In this document: one piece after another, positions 1-10,220 of the stretch
How positions within the stretch are numbered: the stretch's first letter is position 1
How the letters are laid out: each line of letters opens with the position of its first letter
Assembly: GCA_022813965.1 (NCBI GenBank)
Contig: JALDZS010000046.1
Location: forward strand, 62,001 to 126,000
DNA: 64,000 nucleotides
Origin: Toensbergia leucococca
Lineage: Eukaryota
Reading direction: 5' to 3'
Notes under the pieces: generated by a model
What the model was told of the DNA's origin: nothing
Databases searched by the model: none
Seen by the model: the letters and a program-made list of their open reading frames with translations, nothing else
Made by a program: the position numbers and the translations under genes

Positions 1-50
1 TATTTAAAGGAAAGCGTGGGAGAGTTGATTACGTCAAAGTCGCTGCCTAT

Positions 51-84
51 CTACCTAGGTAGGTACCTTACGTAGGTACCTACC
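51..84. repeat. Cluster of short TAGG/CCTA-based palindromes
   Basis: CTACCTAGGTAG (51-62), AGGTACCT (61-68) and GTAGGTACCTAC (72-83) are each perfect palindromes; related tracts at ~31971-32003 and ~59571-59582. Confidence 0.7.
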
Positions 85-2118
85 TTCATTACCCACTTTG
101 TGAAGTAGCTTTTCTCTATTGATTCCACTTTTTTAAAACTTCAGTCCCCGCAAACACTCCGCCTAGAATTTGACCGGGCTTTATTAAAATCTTTCCCATA
201 AATCATAAAGCTAGAATACTATCTGTACGCAGGTGCCTTTGCTCTGCTCGTAGTGGCCGCGAGTATGTCGACAAGTGGCGCCTTTGTGACTATGAAGTGG
301 TGGATCATGCCGCAGGCTTGGTCGACATGAGGTTTACGTAATCCTTGTCACTGGCTTCATTCGGGTCCGCGGCTCTTGAATCGACCGCTTATTGTGAAGG
401 TAATTATGAGTTGTCATATTGCCACTCCAGATGGGTACCCGATCCAGTGGTAGAAGGCATATATACAGATATTGCTCGGCTAATGGCAGTGCCGTCAAAA
501 GGATGCCTTGCTGACTGTGTACCTCGGTTGCCATCGAGATCCCGCTTGGAGCCGGGCCAGGCGGACAGATGGAATTTGGAAATTGGTGGGTGCTGCCTTT
601 TTTTCTATGCGCAAATTTGGGGGTGTTTGTGGAAGTGGAGACGTCGCCGAATAGAGCAGGCTTCTAGAAGATGTTTGGAAGAATGGAAGATTATTAGCAA
701 GGCAAGGTGGAGTCAGGGTTGTACCGTGGCGATGATCCACACAGCCTTGCATGACGCTACATGCTACGTGTACGAATAATCTCAATGACACTCGTGACTA
801 TGCGTCAACAATCCAAAATTAAATCTTTGTTGGAGATGAGATTCAACCAGTAGAAGAGCCACGAATACGGAGGTCCCCCTATTTGAAAATTCTTCATAGC
901 CACGCACGGATTTTCCTCCGTAAAGCGGCGGCTTATGGGTAAGGCAAGACGCACATTTCGGAGCGGGCAGAGTGTGTCGGCGAATAAGAATCGCGTGCAT
1001 GGAAAAGGCGCTACCAACATTGCTAGGTAGTGCCGATCACACCACCTGGTCCCCCTTGGCTCGATGATGAGTGGGGAGCGGGAGAAAGAAGGTCATTCAG
1101 AGTCGCGCCAAAGAATCCTTAATCATCCTAACGTGATCTTGTCATCCTTGTGGCTGAGGGGTTACCACCGTCCTGTGGTCGAGTGTAGACCAAAGCGAAA
1201 ACGTTTGTCAAGGTAACATTAGCGTAGCTTTGACTTTGTCGAGTCCTGATGTCGGCGGCAGAGAAAGGATCTCTAGTGCAGTGATTGGAAATCAACCATT
1301 GGCTGCCAGGGGGGGGCTCTTCTAGAAGGGCGCCAACAAGCTTCGATTGTTCCATTCTTCGGATTCGTGAGAGATGCACCCAGCCTGCATAACTTAATTT
1401 GACTATTCCTCCTGCCTGGAGTTACATAACCTATCGTCTATCTGCATCATATCACATACCTGGAACATCCACCATTATTCATTATTTCAGGAAGAGAGAG
1501 AAAGAGAAAGACACTCTTTCTAGTCATCGCCGCATCTTATACCACCTGTCGTGTTCTTGCCCTGGACGTGTAAGACTCCGCCTTCGCCTCTTCAATCCCA
1601 CCCACTTGTCTCGCCCTCTCACCTTCGTTCAACTTACTTACCCCACTCATCACCCGGCTTCATCAATCACAAGGACCGTTTGCAACCCTGTTGCTATCCG
1701 CTCTTTGCTACGCAATCCATCTTCAATCTCCGCAGCACTCCGCTTCTATCTCATCGTCCTAGGATTCAAGAAATCCCACACTCCTTTGACAACGGCTCTC
1801 GACACGTTTCGGATATCTGCTGGGGCTGGATCAAGCAGAGAAGCAATCTCGTCAAATCCATCGACGATCAAGTTTTACGATCAAGTTTTGAAGAAAGGCA
1901 CAAGCATTCCCTTCTATAATCTAGAACCATTCACGACTTCCACACACATGCTGCCCCGTCTAATCTCCCACGCCTTATAATATCAACCAATCTCGAATCA
2001 CCCAGGACCGTTCGTCAAAGTGGACTCCTCACTGTACCAAAGCTTCGGTAGTGCGCGTGCTAGAAGGGCTAGCACGAGTGACCGGAAACATTTGGGCTCA
2101 AGGTCTTGGAAGCACGCC

Positions 2119-3246
2119 ATGATCCTCCGGAAAGCTACCCCATCAGCATCGTATCTACCTACCCCTTCGCCAGAAATATCTCCTCGCTCCTCGGCTTTGA
2201 TATCTGACTGTGACGCCGACGACGAGGGAACCATGTCAATTGAAGATTCCACACCTTCACGACCATTGACTATTGCAATAACACATCCGACTACCAACAG
2301 TTATTGTCCACGACGACCAACCCTACCCGAAGTATTGGCAAACTCGTCGCCACCCCCATGGACGCTGAGTGCCTTCACTGCCTACCTTTCCCAGAATCAT
2401 TGTCTAGAAAATTTAGAGTTTACAATGGACGCTGAGCGCTACCGGAAGAAGTATGACTTGATGGCAGCACAGATGGCCGGTATGCCCGTGTCTCCAGATT
2501 TTGAGGATTGCCAATATCTCCGAATGCTGTGGCAACGTTTACTAGACGCTTACATTGAGCCTGATGGTCCTCGAGAGGTCAACCTACCCAGCAATGTTCG
2601 AGACTCCCTTCTTTCTCTCCCCAATCACACTGCTCCTCCTCCGCCAGATGAGTTGGAAGCTGCTATCAAGATAATATACGACCTTATGGACGAGTCAGTA
2701 TTACCGTCATTCTTGAATGAGACTTCATCATTCACGGGCCCACGGTCATACGTCGATCCGTGGGTGAGCTCGGAAGAATCAATGAACATGGGAGTAGGAA
2801 GAAGTTTGGACGAACGTTCGTCGAGGAGAAATCGCTCTCGACGGCGACGTCAATCTCCCAAAGCAACTTCTCTGGATGGTGTTTCGATTCCAGTGAATAG
2901 TGGACTGTCTCCGATCTCTCCAATGTCGAATCTTGTTGGGAGCCTGGGAAAAGGTGGTAAAACGGCTTCAAGTAAAACTCCAGCTGGCAGAACACCGACA
3001 CGGGCAAGAAACATATCCAATAGCAGTGGTGATTCGAGCTTGACGGATGACTCGGGAAGTGCGTCAAGTCCTGGCAAAGAGCCCATGACTCCGCCGACAA
3101 CGCCGCCTTCCAGCGACATTGGCGGTAGCAGTCCTAGAAGCCGGCATGATAATACCTGGACAAGGATGACTAGAAATTTGGGGTTGAAAAAGAAATCGTT
3201 CAACGGGATGAGAGATCATCGATTCCCAACATTAGAGGACGAATAA
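2119..3246 (+). CDS. rgsA: Regulator of G-protein signalling (single RGS domain), RgsA/Rgs2-like
   Basis: Intronless ORF, first in-frame ATG at 2119. RGS motifs PTLPEVL..SPPPWTLSAFTAYLSQNHCLENLEF, YI..GPREVNLPS and IYDLMDESVLPSF, then a Ser/Pro-rich tail. Confidence 0.8.
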   Translation: MILRKATPSASYLPTPSPEISPRSSALISDCDADDEGTMSIEDSTPSRPLTIAITHPTTNSYCPRRPTLPEVLANSSPPPWTLSAFTAYLSQNHCLENLEFTMDAERYRKKYDLMAAQMAGMPVSPDFEDCQYLRMLWQRLLDAYIEPDGPREVNLPSNVRDSLLSLPNHTAPPPPDELEAAIKIIYDLMDESVLPSFLNETSSFTGPRSYVDPWVSSEESMNMGVGRSLDERSSRRNRSRRRRQSPKATSLDGVSIPVNSGLSPISPMSNLVGSLGKGGKTASSKTPAGRTPTRARNISNSSGDSSLTDDSGSASSPGKEPMTPPTTPPSSDIGGSSPRSRHDNTWTRMTRNLGLKKKSFNGMRDHRFPTLEDE

Positions 3247-4092
3247 AAGAGTACATGACGAAGCCATGGGCTACGAACAATGCATGATTTACGACTTGTT
3301 TGTTATGCTGCTGCTGCTTCTCGGTTCTAGAAGGCTTACCATTCGCTGTAATGTCACGGAAAACGGCAGCATCAACAGGGGGATACATGGAGTTTTGAGC
3401 GGGAGGCGTTGGCCTGGAACATTTACACACTTGCATTTTGTTTGTTGGTGGATTGAAGCTTATCACGCGTGCATGCAGTGGTGCATTTGACGAGGGCTCA
3501 GGGCAGCGATTTTGTACATTCTAGGACGAGGAAAAAGCCACACGATGGCGCTACATTTTCTTCATTATTAACTCTGCAGAGGAGATGTCAGGATTGACGA
3601 GATTAGTCTCAGATGAAGCTAAAAACATCTCGATTCAAGCTCACAGTACTATACTTGGAGTAGTAATGACTGTGGGTGGCATTGATTTCTTCGTACCTAT
3701 TATGATTTGTGGAGAGAGCAAACTAGAATAGCAAACTGATCGACGAGACTAAGCGGACGACTGACGTCGTTCTTTCATCCTTTCACTCTTTCATTTCTTT
3801 CATTCTTTCATGCCGTCTTTTACTTTAGTTCTGCTTTGTGTTTCTGACACAAGACCCACTCCTAGACCCAGTCCTCGACTGGTTGAGACAAAAGCTTGGC
3901 ACTTGGCAGTTCGTCACGACCTGCATGCACAGGGAGGGGTCATCCTGACAGGGTCCTCGTGCATTGACTCCCGAGACTCCTTCATGATGATGATGACACG
4001 GATGGCAGCACACAATTCAAACTTGTCAAAATGCTAGGCCCACGGTAAAAGCTAGAGTGCCTCCTGGGTAGCACCTCTCGTTCGTTGTAGCC

Positions 4093-5184
4093 ATGGCTCC
4101 GAACAGTAACCTCAACCTCGGCCCTAGGATGCCGCACAAGTATTCGCACGCTCTGGTCCTTTCCCACTACGAAGCCCGCGGTCTCCTCAACCTCAATCGC
4201 AACAAGCAGCCCTCATTCCATGATTCGCCCCCCTCCGACGACTCCTCCGACTACGACTTGCGACCTGAAGCGCCCACCCAGTCCGAATCTTCACCAACCG
4301 CAACTCCCCCATCTTATCGTCATTCCCGCTCACATTCTGCCTCGGAATCCTTCCAGTCAACAACCACTACACCCTCACGCCCGACATCGTCCATCATCAC
4401 CCAGATCTACGCACCACTTCACCTCTCCTCCCCAACCAAACAAGTCAACCATTCTCTTCTATCAAAACACTCGCCAAAGCCCTCCAATCCCCCTCGACTT
4501 CAATCTTTCATCTCACCCAAATCGTCACCAACAACTTCTTCCTTCCAATCCTCATCCTCCTCATCCTTCAATAACAACAACCACCAACAAACAACAGCCC
4601 GCACCTCCCTCTCAGCACCCATATCCCCAATATCGGAAAAAGACTCCGACTCAGCATCCTATCTCGCAGACTCCTCACCCTCCCCGCCCCTCTCTCCCAC
4701 CAACTCCATCGCCCTCATCCGCCCCTGGGACCACCCCCACCTCTCCCCCCTTGCCCTTCGCCCAAACCTCTCCCGCACAAGAACAGTAACAACAGCAACA
4801 ACCACCTCCCCCAGCCCTCCCTCCTCCTCCTACTTTCCCACCCAACCCTCCACCACTAGATCCGCATCCCCAGACTCCGCCCTACCCCCTCCCATCTCTC
4901 GAACCCGCCGCTCCTCCATTCCCCCTCGAAGTAAAAAGTCTCGCTTCATCCCCTTTCTCAAACCGCGCAAACTCTCCCACGACCAACGTGTCACCTCAGC
5001 TCCCGACGACCCAACGCCCAACGGCCTCTGGCGCGCAAGCAATTACCCCATTGACAACATGCCTGCGGACGAGGCAGCGAAATTGAGGCGGAAGGGTGTG
5101 AATCCACGGCTCAAGGCTGAGATGGATGCGGCCACTAGGGGGAGAGGGATTGGGCCGTTGGTTGGAAATACGTTTATTGGGTGA
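4093..5184 (+). CDS. Ser/Pro/Thr-rich hypothetical protein (363 aa)
   Basis: ATG in GCCATGG context and a long ORF. Low-complexity middle with more ordered ends (LVLSHYEARGLL; ADEAAKLRRKGVNPRLKAEMDAA). Confidence 0.65.
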   Translation: MAPNSNLNLGPRMPHKYSHALVLSHYEARGLLNLNRNKQPSFHDSPPSDDSSDYDLRPEAPTQSESSPTATPPSYRHSRSHSASESFQSTTTTPSRPTSSIITQIYAPLHLSSPTKQVNHSLLSKHSPKPSNPPRLQSFISPKSSPTTSSFQSSSSSSFNNNNHQQTTARTSLSAPISPISEKDSDSASYLADSSPSPPLSPTNSIALIRPWDHPHLSPLALRPNLSRTRTVTTATTTSPSPPSSSYFPTQPSTTRSASPDSALPPPISRTRRSSIPPRSKKSRFIPFLKPRKLSHDQRVTSAPDDPTPNGLWRASNYPIDNMPADEAAKLRRKGVNPRLKAEMDAATRGRGIGPLVGNTFIG

Positions 5185-5534
5185 ATGGGTGGGAGGTGGG
5201 TTTGGAGAACGGAGGGGAATTATTTGGGAGAGGGGAATGGGAAGGGTCGGGATAGGGTGGAATGTTTATGGGATCCGAAATATACGAGCTTTGTGTATGA
5301 CATTTCGCTTTTTTATTATTTTTTTTTACAAAGAACCCCGTCTGTTGGGGGGGTTCCAAGTTCTAGGGCAGGGGCTTTGCGTATACCATCTTTTGTTTTT
5401 TCTTTCCTTGTTTTTATTTTGCTGCAAATTCTTATAATCGGTTGCTTGGGGGCGCTGTATTATAGGTATTTGAGAACTTATGAGACATGCTTATTTTCTT
5501 TTGGCCCCTGAGGGGGGGGGGAGTTTTTTATTGG

Positions 5535-6204
5535 TCTTGAAATTGCTCTCACTACCCTCTCTCTCTCCCTTCTCTCTTATTCTTGATCATCAGTTCTCAA
5601 AACTCAGGTAGTTTATCTTATCCCTTCTTTCCTGCTTTTTCTAACTAAAAACTGAGTTTTATGCAGAGAGTAATATCTTCTTTTTGATTTTGATTTTCTT
5701 TCTTTTGATAACTCCTTTCTTTCCTTTCTTTAAACCCCCTTATTTTTATTGTCACTACAGCAAAAGAAAGAGAGCGAAGGTCACAGCATTTAGTTTTATG
5801 TACATCACATTACTCTCTCACACAACTCCCCTCAACTGAAAATTCAAAAACTTAAATTCAAGTTTAAATCTAAAAAAAAAGAAAAAAGGAAGAAAAGAGA
5901 TAAATTATCATCTAAAAAAATCTTCGCAAGAAAAGTTCTACATAATCACAACAAATAACCTCAACACCTTGCCCCCCCCCCCTCCCCTCCCCTCCCTCTC
6001 TCACCCTCCCTAATCCTCTCTTACAACCCTAATCCCTTCAAAAATCCTCCTTCACAAACAAAAATCCCTCAACAAACACCCCTTTCTCAAAAAAAAAAAA
6101 AAAAAAAAACAGAATCAAACTCAACAAACCCTCAAAACCCTCACAAAAACCTCCCTTCTCTCTCTCTCTCTCTCAAGAAAAGAAGAAAAAAAAAAGACTC
6201 AAAC
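5535..6204. other. AT-rich low-complexity intergenic patch lacking CCA/TGG and nearly all CpG
   Basis: Manual scan: 0 CCA/TGG, 2 CpG, abundant TCA/TGA; poly-A, poly-C and (CT)n runs. Confidence 0.75.
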
Positions 6205-7754
6205 CCCAAAATCTCCAAAATTCAAAAAACCTCCCCAACAACAAAAACAAAACAAAAAAGAATGAACAAAGAGAAAAAGGCCCACTCACCCCCCCCCCCC
6301 CCCCACCCCCAAAAAGATCCGTAAACATCTCAACCACCCCCGTCCCCAGCCCCCTCCCAGATAGGCCAGGGGGCGGAAGAAAAGCAGCAGAGGTTGTTAC
6401 GGCCGCATCAAGCTCCAGCTCATACCCCACGTGCACGACTCTTCTGTTCTGTGTCGCCGCGTTCAGGGAAGTGGAGGAAGGCCTAGATTCAGGGGGTAAG
6501 GATTTACGAATCTCTCTCGTCTTTGTATGACATGATATGAATGCGTTAGGGGAACGAAGGGGGGGAAAAGATTTCGGCAGGCTCGAGCGTGCTTGTGACG
6601 TCGCTTCCTGAAGCTTTTTGTGTGGATTGAGGGGAAGGGGATCTGTGGATGGGGCTAGGGTAGATTGAGAAGCTGGGCCAAGGAAGGGCGGTCGCGGTTG
6701 AGCGGGTAGGTAGAGAGACATTCATGGGTGTTGTGTGCACGGGCGAATCTTGATGTTCGACAGAAACAGAACTTAGGAGATTTTTTTTTTTATTTAGCTT
6801 GGCTGCTCTAGTGGTGACATTTTTACAAGGTCCACGCTGTGACTAGATGAGTACAGTGTGGGGATTTTCAAAAAGTTCTCGAGGCTACTCGGAACAAGGT
6901 CGTTTGTGTAAGTGGTGCGCCTTTGCGAGCGAGCCTCAATCCTCACGGGTGCCACAACAACACGGCAGGCGTTCAAGAAATACTCCGATTAGCACGCTTG
7001 GATGCCAGTCGAGACGTTCCGTTCTTTGTGGCTTTGAATGATTGGAGCGAGCTCTGGTTTTCCTTCACCAAGTGTGAGCTAAAAGCTGACGGAGGTCTTC
7101 TGTCAGTGGGCCGCTTGTAAATTCAGAGTCAAGAACAGTGTCGAGGCGCTTAAGATTCGTCGATGATCGACGCGCACCAAGGCTTGGCGAGAGATAGCGC
7201 GTGTCGCTTGTAAATTCTCCGAGAGGGAGCCCTGCACCCCTGTAAGACTTTAATTGCTTACCTTACTTGGAGGAGTCGATAGTCTTTCTTTTTAGACCGA
7301 CAAGCTGAGACCCGGTGTCGCATGACTTGATGCGAGCATTCGAGTTGCATGACTCCTTGTTGGTGTTGGGTTTAATGTTGGGGGTTGGAGGTCGCCTGCA
7401 GCCTTGATATGTTGCTAATGCTAGCTATCTCTTTTGTGTGAAGTCGGTGGCTTGGTTGGCATACCTTCTATTGGCAAGGGGACTTTCGATGGTCTCTAGC
7501 ATCATCGTGTGCCTGGTACGCTGGATCGATAGGTAGTATGATCTAACAGGTTTGAAGTTGGATGACGCTTGTTCCACAGCTCGATGCTACTTAGCGATCC
7601 CATGGCAGCCTCAACTTTATTCCTAATCAAGTGACATAGGGTTGATAGTATGGACAGCTCCACAAACTTGTTTCGTCATGGCATCATGTAAAGTTTCAAA
7701 TTATGGACTGGTCTGCGTTGGCAAGCTGGATACTTCCGTCTCAGATACCAGCCT

Positions 7755-9611
7755 TCAGGATCTAGCTTCAGTCTTCGACATGGATACTCTTGGCCTGGAG
7801 CTAACCAAAGACGACATGGCTTCAGACTCAGATGAAGATTGAGGGCTACCGAAACCTCTGTTTTCACGCCCGATAAATGTGTGGTTGTATATGGGGGATT
7901 GGTCTAGACCCGTAGGGCTTTCTGCAATGACCATTGAATATCGAGGAGGCGTCTCCAAAGCAGGCGCAGGCTTCCTTCTCAGTGTGACTGCTTCGTTAGA
8001 GGCACCTTCATGGACAGTCGATGCTCGAGGCCGAGGCGGTAAGGATGGTTTCAATTCTTCGATTTCCTCGCCGCTATCGTCGTTGTCCAGAAGCGTGATA
8101 CCATTGACCTGAAAATCACTCTCGGACCGCTCCCCTGCGTCAGCTTCCTCAAGAGGATCTTCGCGGTCCTCGACCGCTTGTGGAATGCGGAGAGACTCGT
8201 CAAAATCCCAATTCTCCATTTGAACCCTTGCTGCAAGATCATTCTTCCAGAGTTTTATTGCAGTTTCCAGGACACGAATCACAATACCTGCGATTTTTGC
8301 ATCCTCTACAGTGTCAGGGCCACACAATAGGGTAGGGGCAAAGCACACCGCGAGATTATACGGAGTCATTTGATTCCATTCCTGGAATTGGGCGATTCGG
8401 GACAGCAGAGGCAGTAGGTGCATGGTCAGGACAAACCTCGAGTCTTTGCTTATATGTGACCATTCCGCTTGTACTGACAGTAACTCGACCAGATGGGGAG
8501 TATCAATAGGCACTTCGACATTGCCGAAGATGTTATCCATGGCAATATAGCAGGATTGTGGGAAAATTGGGAACCTGAGATCTGTATACCATTGCTTGAT
8601 AAGTCCAGCTGCAGATTGAGCGTTGTATCCTTCCAATTGGTCAACGTCTCCCATAGATGCGTTCCCGGATCCTTCTTTCCAGTGGCTAAAAGTTAGAGTT
8701 GTATCTCCGTCTCTCCATAAAATGAATTTCTGCCCTCTGTTGTATGCTTCCTTCAGTATTTCTACCGTCATTGCTCGAGCATTGACGCGGAACAGGCCTT
8801 TTGTTTTGATCACTTCATCTATTAGTATGAAACTCGTGGCTTCTCGCAAGACTCTAGGCAATCTGACTGAGCCAGTCGAGGATATTGGGAATGGCTGCTT
8901 GGTATTGAATGCTCTTCTTCCACTTGCGTGAGGAGCGTGTATGCAGGATGTCCGTCGTCGATCACTGAAATAAGCCGATGGTGGAATTAGGAGGTTTTCA
9001 ATAGGCATATGCAGGGCCAATCCACTCAGTGAAGAAACTATTCAAGACACAACAAAAGTCAGCGTCTTGATTATATATCACAATTCGAGGCATATCGTAG
9101 AAGCCTCACCATGCACAACCTTCTTCCTAAACTTAGGACTCCCAATGGTGGAGAACATCTCGACAAGCATTCGAACCCAATTTTTTCCATGCACAATGTA
9201 CAGTCTCTGCAATCTCTTCCTCGTCGCTCTCGTCAACAAGTTGTAAGCCTGTAAGAACCAGCCCCAGCCTGGCCTCCCTTTCCTACTGGCGGTAGCGCCA
9301 CCGTCTCCTCCACCAGCGAAGAAAATGATCTCATAGCCTTGACCCTCAATCAACTCATCTTCATCTGGTAGCCTGCCCAGTACATAAGGAAGCAGGGTAT
9401 CATAATCGACAACTTTAGCATCAGGGAAGGTTGCCCCATTGAGAATGAAGACTGGGAGGTCCTTTGGTGACGGAAAAGGGGAGCGGTAAAGAATGCGTGC
9501 TGCTAAGTTTGCAAGACGGCGAGAATAGTCTGGAGAGGATGGTGGGGGAGCAATGGCACTCAGTGATTTCAGGGAAGAGCTTCGTAGCCGATGTGCAAGT
9601 TGGGAGCGCAT
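7755..9611 (-). CDS. CRAL-TRIO/BCH + RhoGAP protein (Ecm25/p50RhoGAP-like)
   Basis: Exons 9611-9110 and 9037-7755; intron GTGAGG..GCTGAC..TAG. BCH motif RKRLQRLYIVH..FRKKVVHV; GAP arginine finger GLFRV; NQMTPYNLAVCFAPTLL. Confidence 0.88.
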
Positions 9612-10220
9612 CGAGGATGGAGTCGAGATAGGTACGAGTAATGAATTGACTTGTACAGCAGTTGATCGGAGGATGCAGAGTACATTCTTTATTCTACAAG
9701 TATAGGAATAGGACGCAGTGAAGACGAGCATTCCCGTGCCAGGTCCCGACGCCCATGATTCACACTTCACGCTTCACGGCTCGAAATGGACACGAGGTGT
9801 TTCACTATCACCACCACTCGCCACGATTCCATGCCGTTACTACGAGACCGAGTACCAATGTGGATAGAACAACACGCCAAGACTTGTACGCGTACCCGAT
9901 CGACACACAGCCTCCACAACCACATCATCTCAATCAACGTCTTTACTTCTAAGCCATGGAAAGGTCTTCTTGACCGACTGCCGGTTGGCGTTGGGCATGC
10001 GTGTGCCAATCGACAGCCCGCTATCCAAAATTAACAAAATTGATAGATTAGGCATCTCGGATGCAGTTTTAATCAATAATACTAATGCGCTTTGCTTCAA
10101 GGCACCACAATATCACTGCCCTCCATCCGCTAAGCGCCTGATGAACAATAGTTGAGCAATAAGGAGAAGCAACAAAAGAAAAGAGCGCTAACATGGACGC
10201 TCCAGATGTACAATCACTTT

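Noticed and set aside
345..779. 144-aa ORF and overlapping short ORFs at the window start
   Set aside because: No recognisable motifs and a non-ATG start; likely spurious or part of a gene outside the window
5535..6204. Classical RIP-degraded transposon as the explanation for the AT-rich patches
   Set aside because: CpA is abundant rather than depleted, TpA is not dominant, and no TE coding remnants or terminal repeats are visible
6173..6721. 182-aa minus-strand ORF
   Set aside because: Has an ATG, but the C-terminus is translated homopolymer runs and no domain is recognisable; cannot be called a gene or pseudogene
7477..7488. GAAAGTCCCC on the minus strand resembling the RNase MRP conserved region I
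   Set aside because: No matching GGGGCT partner to form helix P4 at a suitable distance
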